Shown here one piece after another: positions 56,873-64,000 of a stretch of DNA of 64,000 bases (the stretch's first letter is position 1; the number at the start of each line of letters is the position of its first letter). The translations under genes were made by a program, and so were the position numbers. The notes beneath the pieces were generated by a model. The model was not told the origin of the DNA, made no database searches, and saw nothing but the letters and a program-made list of their open reading frames with translations. The stretch is from assembly GCA_963675595.2 (NCBI GenBank), contig CAXXLZ010000002.1, positions 3,968,001 through 4,032,000 of the forward strand, in the 5' to 3' direction. The stretch is from Thermodesulfobacteriota bacterium. Its GTDB lineage: Bacteria; Desulfobacterota; Desulfarculia; JACQYL01.

Positions 56873-58051
56873 GTGAAGCGCATCGCCATGATCGGACCCG
56901 AACTGACTCCTGTTCCGCCCATCAGGGGCGGGGCCACGGAGAACTGGATCGACAACGTCTGTAGACGTATTCAACGGTATCAATGCACGATTTTCTGTCC
57001 GTCGGATCCTGCGTTGGCCCCTCGGGAACGCCTGGACGGAGTGGAATACGTACGAGTACCGGCGGGAAAATGGCGGAGGCGTGTTGCGGAATGGCGTCAC
57101 CGCCCGGATTTCACCTACGCGAAACGCGTGGCGAGGGAGTTGGATCGGCTGAAACCGGATCTGGTTCACGTACAAAATCGTCCGCTCATCGCAGCCTACT
57201 TGAAAGATCGTCTTCCCGCAAGAGTGCCGGTTCTTCTCCACATGCACAACCTGTACGAGTACCTTGGAAAATACGAACGTCCCTCCGATGCTTCGGGGGC
57301 TCCCCTGGACGGTTTCTTGGCCGTCAGTCGGTTCGTCCTCGATCGGGAACGAAACCGGCTTGGGGCCTTGGCGGGTTGGTCGAGCGTCCTGAACAACGGT
57401 GTAGACACGGATCTGTATTCTCCGGAAAACCGTTTCAATCTTATGCCCCTTCAGGGGCTCTCAGGGAAACGGGTGGTTCTGTATACGGGGAAATTACGGG
57501 AGGGCAAAGGGGTCACTCTGCTTTTCCGGGCGATGAAGACCGTCTTCGAAAACTACCCGAAGGGCGAATTGATCTTATTGTTGGTGGGAGGCACCAATTT
57601 CGGACGCAAACGGAGCGATCGGAAGACCGATTACTACATGGAACTCATGGACATGGTTCGGGATTACGGGGACCGAGTGGTGGTGACGGGCTTTGTCACA
57701 CCCCGGGACATTCCCCCCTACTACGGGCTTGGAACCGTTTATGTGTGCCCGTCCCAGCTTGAGGAGGGGTTTCCGTCCGTGTTGCTCGAAGCCATGTCTT
57801 CGGGTTTGCCGGTGATCTCCACCCGGATGGGCGGCATTCCGGAACTGATCCGGCATGGCGAGAACGGTCTGCTCATGGAACGGGCGGACGATCCTGCCGA
57901 GCTGTCCCGCCTGATTATCGGACTCCTTGACGATCCCGACAGGCGGGATGTTTTGGGGAAGCGTGGTCGCGAGACCGTAATCGGATCCTTTTCCTGGCGG
58001 ATCTTGGCCGAGAACACCGAGTCTGTTTACGGGCGGTTTCTGAAGGAGTAA
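56873..58051 (+). CDS. Glycosyltransferase family 4
   Basis: PVPPIRGGATE, HVQNRP, LHMHN, NGVDT, CPSQLEEGFPSVLLEAMSSGLPVI; GTG start 56873. Confidence 0.92.
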   Translation: MKRIAMIGPELTPVPPIRGGATENWIDNVCRRIQRYQCTIFCPSDPALAPRERLDGVEYVRVPAGKWRRRVAEWRHRPDFTYAKRVARELDRLKPDLVHVQNRPLIAAYLKDRLPARVPVLLHMHNLYEYLGKYERPSDASGAPLDGFLAVSRFVLDRERNRLGALAGWSSVLNNGVDTDLYSPENRFNLMPLQGLSGKRVVLYTGKLREGKGVTLLFRAMKTVFENYPKGELILLLVGGTNFGRKRSDRKTDYYMELMDMVRDYGDRVVVTGFVTPRDIPPYYGLGTVYVCPSQLEEGFPSVLLEAMSSGLPVISTRMGGIPELIRHGENGLLMERADDPAELSRLIIGLLDDPDRRDVLGKRGRETVIGSFSWRILAENTESVYGRFLKE

Positions 58052-58053
58052 CC

Positions 58054-59193
58054 GTGGGAATTTGGAACCGACTTGTTTCCTCCGCCTTGAGGAAGGCCTA
58101 TCTGGCAAAGGCCAAGAAATCTCCCCCCATCGGTCTTGAACAAATCCAAACCGACCGTGTGGAGCGCATCCTGCTGGTTTCCAGCACGGCCATCGGGGAC
58201 ACTCTCCTATCCACTCCCGCCATCCGGGCCCTGAAAAAGGGATTCCCGAACCGATTCCTGGGGCTGGTCTGCCACACACGCAACAGGGAACTGGTGGAAC
58301 ACAATCCCTACCTCGACAAGATACATACCTGCCGGAGCAAGTTTTTCGGTATGCGGAACCTGGTTCGAGAACTGCGGGACACGGGCTATCAACTCGGAGT
58401 GGTCCTCCACGGTAATGATCCGGAGTCACTTCCCATGTGTTATGAAGCGGGAATCCGGACCATTATTGGGAGTGATCAGAGCCGCTTTCGATTTCTGACT
58501 TCGGATCCCGTATCGGTGGGGGACCCCTTCAGACACGCCATCGAACGACGTCTGGACTACGTCCGCCTCCTCGGCGTGGAAGCGGACGGCGTGCACATGG
58601 ACCTGATGGTTTCGGAAGAGGACGAGCGAATCGGGTGCGAAATATTACACTCCCGCCTTAAGGGCCCGTCGGGTCCTTTGGTAGCCTTTCATCCTGCGGG
58701 CTCCGGTTCTTACAAGTGGTGGCCCGCGGAGCGCTTTGCCGAGCTGGGACGTAGACTGGAAAGAGAATTCGGGGCTTCCATATTGGTCCTGACCGGTAGG
58801 AAGGAAGCGGACTTCGGAAATCGAATCGTAGAGGGTTGCGGGGGGGCCGCGTTGAACACCGCCGGGGAGTATGGACTCGCGCATGTGGCGGCCATGTTGA
58901 AGCGTTGCGCGTTGATGGTGACCACGGACAGCGGTCCCATGCATATGGCTCTCGCAATGAAGGTCCCCACCCTGGCGATCATCGGAGCGGATCATCCCTC
59001 GCGGATCGGTCCCTACGGGGTGGAGAACGCCCGGGTGCTGTACCGGGGATCGGAGGTCTGCCGTGAACCCCGCTGTTTGAGAGGGAAATGCCGGGATAAC
59101 GTGTGCATGAAAGCCATTGAAGTGGAGGATGTTTGGGCCTGCCTGACGGAGCGGTTTAAACGATTCATGATTTTCTCTAGGGTTTTTTGCTAG
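58054..59193 (+). CDS. Glycosyltransferase family 9 (LPS heptosyltransferase)
   Basis: AIGDTLLSTPAIRALK, HNPYLD, KWWPAERF, TTDSGPMHMALA. Confidence 0.93.
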   Translation: MGIWNRLVSSALRKAYLAKAKKSPPIGLEQIQTDRVERILLVSSTAIGDTLLSTPAIRALKKGFPNRFLGLVCHTRNRELVEHNPYLDKIHTCRSKFFGMRNLVRELRDTGYQLGVVLHGNDPESLPMCYEAGIRTIIGSDQSRFRFLTSDPVSVGDPFRHAIERRLDYVRLLGVEADGVHMDLMVSEEDERIGCEILHSRLKGPSGPLVAFHPAGSGSYKWWPAERFAELGRRLEREFGASILVLTGRKEADFGNRIVEGCGGAALNTAGEYGLAHVAAMLKRCALMVTTDSGPMHMALAMKVPTLAIIGADHPSRIGPYGVENARVLYRGSEVCREPRCLRGKCRDNVCMKAIEVEDVWACLTERFKRFMIFSRVFC

Positions 59194-59306
59194 GGTATAG
59201 ATCTTTACACTTGATTTTGTTGTTTTCTTCGGAAAGAATGGATTCGTGCACGGTCACTGGTAGATTGTCTCTCTTTTCTTAATGAAAGTCGTTCTTTTGC
59301 AGGAAT

Positions 59307-59332
59307 AGCTCCCACGCCGATGGGAGCTTTTT
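59307..59332 (+). terminator. Terminator-like hairpin immediately before the DUF4416 RBS
   Basis: AGCTCCCA-CGCCGA-TGGGAGCT-TTTT. Confidence 0.55.
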
Positions 59333-59347
59333 ACAGGAGGTGGCAGG

Positions 59348-59893
59348 TTGAGCATCCCCCGATTGCCCGGGCCCGGAAAGCTCGTGGTGAGCCTCCTGGG
59401 GAAGACCGATGAACGCATCCTGGAAGTTCGGGATCGAATGGAGCGGGAATTCGGGCGAGCGGACTTCACCAGCGACCTGCTGCCTTTTCACTGGACGGAT
59501 TATTATCAAGCTGAGTTTGGTGCGCCGTTGGTGCGCCGTTTCTTATCCTTCGAGCCGTTGATGGAGCAGGACAAGCTGGTGGAAGCCAAGATCCGGACCA
59601 ATGAGATTGAGAGAGATTTTTCAGAGACTGGGATGCGTACGGTGAATTTAGACCCCGGAATCTTGACCCAGGCCCGCTTGGTGTTGGCAACGGGCAAGGA
59701 TCACGCCCACCGGATATATCTTGGTGAAGGAATCTTCGCCGACCTGACGCTCATTTACAGGAATAAGTCTTTTCGCCCTCTTGCCTGGACGTTCCCCGAT
59801 TATGCGGACGAGACCATTATTCGCCTCATGAACGGAATTCGTGACGCGTACAGCCGTCAAATGAAGGCACGGGTTTCGGAGGAAGTACAATGA
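59348..59893 (+). CDS. DUF4416 family protein
   Basis: TDYYQAEFG, KIRTNEIE, RTVNLDPG, LVLATGKDHAHRIYLGEGIFADLTL, WTFPDY; TTG start with AGGAGG RBS. Confidence 0.85.
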   Translation: MSIPRLPGPGKLVVSLLGKTDERILEVRDRMEREFGRADFTSDLLPFHWTDYYQAEFGAPLVRRFLSFEPLMEQDKLVEAKIRTNEIERDFSETGMRTVNLDPGILTQARLVLATGKDHAHRIYLGEGIFADLTLIYRNKSFRPLAWTFPDYADETIIRLMNGIRDAYSRQMKARVSEEVQ

Positions 59894-60765
59894 AGAGCAT
59901 GACTTCTTTTGCTCGGGAAACGGTGCGTGTGGGCGGGGTGGACTACTTTCTGGAAATTCGGACCGTAAACGGCCGCTTCAGGGATATCACCCTGCGTTTG
60001 CCCAATCATCTTCGGGATTTGGAAGATCGTATCCGCAGGGAAGTGAGCGGAGAAGTCGACCGGGGCAGAATCCAGGTTTCCTTGATTGCAGGCGCTTCCG
60101 AAACGAAGGCCCCACAATTACAGGTGAATTTGGACCTAGCAAGACAGTATCTGGATGGATTGCGGGTACTTAAAGAGGAACTGAATCTCTCTGGAGAGAT
60201 TACGGTAGACTTGTTCACGCGTTTAAGAGATGTGCTCGTGTTGCAGTCACCGGAGGAAGATCAGGATACCGCTTGGTCGGAGTTGGTTCCCGGCCTGAAA
60301 CGGATTCTGGAATCTTTAAACCGTATGCGTTTGCTCGAGGGAGAGGTCCTGTCCAAGGACCTGGAGACTCGGGTCGATCTCATCGCCGAGCTGGTGGACC
60401 GCATCCGACAAAAGTCGGGAGAGGTGGTTCGGGCGTACGCGGAAAAGCTGACGGAGCGTATACGAGAGCTGGCTGAGGGAATCGAACCGGAAAGGGACCG
60501 AATCCTTCAGGAGGCGGCGTTGATGGCGGATCGGTGCGACATCACGGAAGAGGTGGTTCGGGTGGGCAGCCACGTGAAGCAGTTCAAGTCCTTGATGGCG
60601 CGTCCCGAGCCGGTGGGCAGGAAGTTGGAGTTCCTGATCCAGGAGTTGCACCGCGAAATCAACACCATCGGTTCGAAATCGCAGGATGCGGAGATTGCTC
60701 ACTGGGTTGTGGACGCCAAGAGTGAAATCGAAAAAATGCGGGAACAAGTTCAGAACGTGGAGTGA
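59890..60765 (+). CDS. yicC: YicC/YloC family endoribonuclease
   Basis: [56 protein letters not shown]. Confidence 0.95.
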   Translation: MKSMTSFARETVRVGGVDYFLEIRTVNGRFRDITLRLPNHLRDLEDRIRREVSGEVDRGRIQVSLIAGASETKAPQLQVNLDLARQYLDGLRVLKEELNLSGEITVDLFTRLRDVLVLQSPEEDQDTAWSELVPGLKRILESLNRMRLLEGEVLSKDLETRVDLIAELVDRIRQKSGEVVRAYAEKLTERIRELAEGIEPERDRILQEAALMADRCDITEEVVRVGSHVKQFKSLMARPEPVGRKLEFLIQELHREINTIGSKSQDAEIAHWVVDAKSEIEKMREQVQNVE

Positions 60766-60782
60766 AAAGGGGAGGACACCAA

Positions 60783-61058
60783 ATGTCTGGAAGGTTACTG
60801 AACATCGGTTTTGGCAATTCCGTGGTGGCGGACCGTGTGGTTGCGATCGTGGCTCCGGGATCGGCTCCTATGAAGCGACTCAGGGAAGAAGCCAAAAAGG
60901 AAAAACGGCTTGTGGACGCCACTCAGGGCCGAAAGACCCGGTCCATCGTGGTGACGGACTCGAACCATGTAGTTCTGTCTGCGGTCCAGGCGGAGACCAT
61001 CGCCCAAAGGTTCAACAGCGACCTGCTTAAGAGCGTGGCGGGCTTGGACGAGAAGTAA
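60783..61058 (+). CDS. remA: RemA/DUF370 family regulator
   Basis: [49 protein letters not shown]. Confidence 0.93.
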   Translation: MSGRLLNIGFGNSVVADRVVAIVAPGSAPMKRLREEAKKEKRLVDATQGRKTRSIVVTDSNHVVLSAVQAETIAQRFNSDLLKSVAGLDEK

Positions 61059-61666
61059 TGCCTCGGAAGGGCGGACTGTTCGTCGTTTCAGCTCCCTCCG
61101 GCGCCGGGAAGACTACCTTGTGCCGGGGGCTGATGGAACCGGCCGCTCCCTTGGAATACTCGATTTCCTATACCACCCGTGAGCCGCGGGAGGGAGAGGT
61201 CCAAGGACGGGATTACAATTTTGTCTCAAGGGAGACCTTCGAGTCGCTGGTTTCGCAGTCGGCAATGGCGGAGTGGGCCGTCGTTCATGGGCATTTCTAC
61301 GGGACGCCCAAACCGGCCATTGATGCCGTTCTGGATTCCGGGCGCGATCTTCTGGCGGATGTGGACGTGCAGGGTAGTGTTTCGTTGAAGAAGAACTATC
61401 CCGAGGCGGTTCGCATCTTCATTCTTCCTCCCTCCATGGAGGAACTGGCTCGGAGGCTTCATAACCGAGGGAAGGACTCCCAGGAGGTCGTGGCCGGACG
61501 TTTGGCCGCAGCCCGGAAGGAGATCGAGGCTGCCGGCGCGTTCGATTACGCGGTGGTCAATGATCGTCTGGAACAAGCCCTCAACCGGTTGGTCGCCATT
61601 ATTACGGCTCATCGATGCCGCGTCGAAAATTCCCTGGACCTGATTTCCAAGCTGACCGGCCCGTGA
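61058..61666 (+). CDS. gmk: Guanylate kinase
   Basis: SAPSGAGKTT, SISYTTREPREGE, YGTP, DVDVQG, FILPPS. Confidence 0.96.
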   Translation: MPRKGGLFVVSAPSGAGKTTLCRGLMEPAAPLEYSISYTTREPREGEVQGRDYNFVSRETFESLVSQSAMAEWAVVHGHFYGTPKPAIDAVLDSGRDLLADVDVQGSVSLKKNYPEAVRIFILPPSMEELARRLHNRGKDSQEVVAGRLAAARKEIEAAGAFDYAVVNDRLEQALNRLVAIITAHRCRVENSLDLISKLTGP

Positions 61667-62433
61667 ATTCTGCAAGCGGTGAGAGTGTGGTTTACGGAGT
61701 GCATCCGGTGCTTGAAGCGCTGCGGTCCGAAGCCTCACGCCTGCAGAAAATCTACTTGGCCCACGGCAAGGTAAGCCCGGCACTGGCGCGGGTGCGCGCC
61801 GCAGCCAAGCAGGCGCGCGTTCCGTGCTCGGAGAAGTCCGCTTCCGAACTCGATCGTCTCGCCGAAGGCGGAAATCACCAGGGCGTGGTGGGCTTGGTGC
61901 GCCCTTTTGAATCCGTTTCGCCCGAAGAGATGCTCGATCGGGCGGCGGCGGCGGGTGTCGCTCCCTTGATCCTGGCGTTGGATCAGGGACGTGATCCACA
62001 GAATCTAGGATCTCTGATCCGTTCCGCGGAAGGCGCCGGTGCTCACGGCGTCCTCCTTTCCAAGCACGACTCGGCTCCGGTGACGGGAGTGGTCGGACGC
62101 GCTTCGGCCGGCGCTCTGGAGTACGTCTCCGTCGCTCAGGTGACCAATCTGGTCCGAACCCTTGAAGATATGAAAACCAAGGGATTGTGGGTGTTCGGAG
62201 CCGACGCTTCCGCTGAAGCCTCCATCTATGAAGCGGATTTTACGGTTCCAGTGGTTCTCGTCATTGGGAGTGAGGATCGGGGGATTCGCCCTCTGGTCAA
62301 GAAAACCTGCGACGCTCTCTACCGTATACCCCTCCTGGGCAGGATTCATTCCCTCAACGCAGCGGTGAGCGGTGCCCTGGTACTTTACGAGGCGGTGAGG
62401 CAACGGTTGTCGGCATCGTCGACAAAACCTTAA
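61663..62433 (+). CDS. rlmB: 23S rRNA Gm2251 2'-O-methyltransferase
   Basis: YGVHPVLEAL, HQGVV, DPQNLGSLIRSA, ASAGA, IGSEDRGIR, SLNAAVS. Confidence 0.93.
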   Translation: MNSASGESVVYGVHPVLEALRSEASRLQKIYLAHGKVSPALARVRAAAKQARVPCSEKSASELDRLAEGGNHQGVVGLVRPFESVSPEEMLDRAAAAGVAPLILALDQGRDPQNLGSLIRSAEGAGAHGVLLSKHDSAPVTGVVGRASAGALEYVSVAQVTNLVRTLEDMKTKGLWVFGADASAEASIYEADFTVPVVLVIGSEDRGIRPLVKKTCDALYRIPLLGRIHSLNAAVSGALVLYEAVRQRLSASSTKP

Positions 62434-62490
62434 CCGCCCAGGAGTGACGGGCAACCGCGGATTACGAAGCCTGCCCCCGGTTGCACCTGT

Positions 62491-64000
62491 TCATTGCTTT
62501 ACCGGCGATGCTTTCCCTTCCGTGGATTCCACTCCGCGCAGGGGGCGCAGGAGTTCCTCGTACACCGCTTCCAGCAATGCCATGTGACGTTGCTTGGACA
62601 TCAGGCGTACCACCCTGTGCCGGGCTTGCTCCGTCATGGTGCGAGTCGCTTCCCGGTCATCGAGAATCCGGATCACGGCTTTTCGGATCGCCTCGGGATC
62701 TCCGGGGGGGATCAGCAGTCCCGTTTCTCCATCCAAAACGATTTCCGAAGTGCCCCCCACTTCCGTGCTTACCACCGGAACGCCGGACGCCATGGCTTCT
62801 CCCAAAACCAAACCCAGTCCCTCCCAGAGAGATGGGAGAACAAAGACGTCCATGGCGGACATCAGTTCGGCCACCCGGTTGCTGGTCCCGGTGAAAACCA
62901 CCACGTCCAGTAAACCGAGTTCCTTCGCTTTGTGCTCGATGGAGGAACGAAGTCGCCCGTCTCCCACAAGAAGCAGTCGGATCCCGGCGCGTTGTCTTCT
63001 GAGGAGATTTGCGGCCTCCAAGAGGTATACGTGCCCCTTCTGCTCTTCGAGGCGGGCCACGCAGCCCAATACCAACTCCCGGGGTGTGAATCCAAGCTCT
63101 CGGCGGACTCGTTCCCGGTCTCCTCGTCCAAAGGCGTCGAGGTCGATCATGTTGGGAATCACCAGCACCTTGTCCGGTTCCAGTCCGTCGTACCTCAAGA
63201 GGTCTCGTTTCACCGCTTCCGATACCGCAATGATCCGATGAGTGAATTTCCCAAGGAACCGGTTGATCAGGTGAATCCGCATCCGTCTTCGTGTGTAGAC
63301 GTTGTGGAAAGTGGAGACGATGCACGGGCTTCCGGCCCACAAAGCGGCAATCCGACCGTACCTGCCGCCGTCGAGCAGGTGGGTGTGAACGATGCTCACC
63401 TTTTCCCGGATCAAGAGCTGTTTGAGACGAAGGATCACTTGAAATTCGAAACGGTTGCTCTTGAGGCCCTGTAGAGCGAACACGGGCACTCCCAGCTCCT
63501 CGATCTTTTTCCCCATGGGCCCCTTGTCTCTCAGACTGCACACCATGGGCCGGAATCGGGATCGGTCCAAGGCTTCGATCTGGTTATAAAGGAGCATTTC
63601 CGCACCTCCCACGGGCAGCGCTGCGAACACGTAAAGAACCGGGACGGGAGAACCGTCGCATGTTTCGGATATACGGTTGCGGTATGGTCTGCAGCATCCG
63701 GTAATCAGCGGACATGAAATACCTAAAAGGAACCAGAACAGGTTTGCGGGCACGTCCACGAACAAGTCGTCCGCGATGTTTCGGAGCAGAAACCCGATGA
63801 TCATGATGAAAACGGCGATCCCGAGATAAGACTGAAAGGAAGTCTCAGACTCGGATGGTTTCTTGGGTCGCCAAGTCCATAGAGCTCGGATCAATAAAAA
63901 CAGCAACGCGGCGAGACCCTGTAACCCCATTTGCAGAGCCACGTTCAAATAAAGGCTGTGAGCGTGCCACATGGTATGTACATGGCCGGCAACGAAATCG
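62491..64000 (-). CDS. O-antigen ligase (WaaL-like) C-terminal part fused in frame to a GT4 glycosyltransferase; 5' end outside the window
   Basis: Frame open to the window edge; HAHSLYLNVALQMGLQG plus TM helices, then VLYVFAALPVGGAE, VARLEEQKGH, VLPSLWEGLGLVLGEAMASG. Confidence 0.85.
   Translation of the reverse strand, partial: DFVAGHVHTMWHAHSLYLNVALQMGLQGLAALLFLLIRALWTWRPKKPSESETSFQSYLGIAVFIMIIGFLLRNIADDLFVDVPANLFWFLLGISCPLITGCCRPYRNRISETCDGSPVPVLYVFAALPVGGAEMLLYNQIEALDRSRFRPMVCSLRDKGPMGKKIEELGVPVFALQGLKSNRFEFQVILRLKQLLIREKVSIVHTHLLDGGRYGRIAALWAGSPCIVSTFHNVYTRRRMRIHLINRFLGKFTHRIIAVSEAVKRDLLRYDGLEPDKVLVIPNMIDLDAFGRGDRERVRRELGFTPRELVLGCVARLEEQKGHVYLLEAANLLRRQRAGIRLLLVGDGRLRSSIEHKAKELGLLDVVVFTGTSNRVAELMSAMDVFVLPSLWEGLGLVLGEAMASGVPVVSTEVGGTSEIVLDGETGLLIPPGDPEAIRKAVIRILDDREATRTMTEQARHRVVRLMSKQRHMALLEAVYEELLRPLRGVESTEGKASPVKQ

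Noticed and set aside
1-64000. CRISPR arrays, tRNA/rRNA, IS elements, prophage or defence genes, selenoprotein readthrough
   Set aside because: No periodic repeats, transposase/integrase motifs, RNA-gene signatures or TGA-interrupted known proteins were seen by eye

Overview
GC-rich bacterial chromosomal segment of about 50 genes. Gene content suggests Desulfobacterota/Deltaproteobacteria (inference). No rRNA, tRNA, CRISPR array or mobile element was recognisable. Layout: (1) 1-10 kb mixed housekeeping and signalling: cheW, greA, aroD-aroE fusion, EAL-CBS-GGDEF protein, mobA, AmpG-like MFS, THUMP methyltransferase, cysC. (2) About 10.2-37.4 kb, a co-oriented exosortase (XrtD/EpsI-type) associated Wzx/Wzy exopolysaccharide locus. 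It opens with a sigma54 promoter and a secreted GH123-like protein, followed by flippase, five glycosyltransferases, polymerase, bi-domain oxidoreductase, heparinase II/III-like protein, wecB, exosortase, extended WecA, short OPX plus beta-barrel, co-polymerase, tyrosine kinase and ExeA-like ATPase. (3) 37-55 kb: hybrid kinase, gpmA, tatD-maf-yggS-glnE, BtuF-like protein, rhodanese, J-protein, citrate synthase, thiolase, SDR. (4) 55-64 kb: LPS-core genes, DUF4416-yicC-remA-gmk-rlmB and an O-antigen-ligase/GT4 fusion running off the window end. Most notable: the 1262-aa GlnE appears to carry two GlnD-type ACT sensor domains at its N-terminus and has its two nucleotidyltransferase halves in swapped order; the GH123-like protein ends in an orphan 'SPPANLQV' tail; and the WaaL-GT4 fusion. 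All calls are from motif recognition by eye, with no database searches run.
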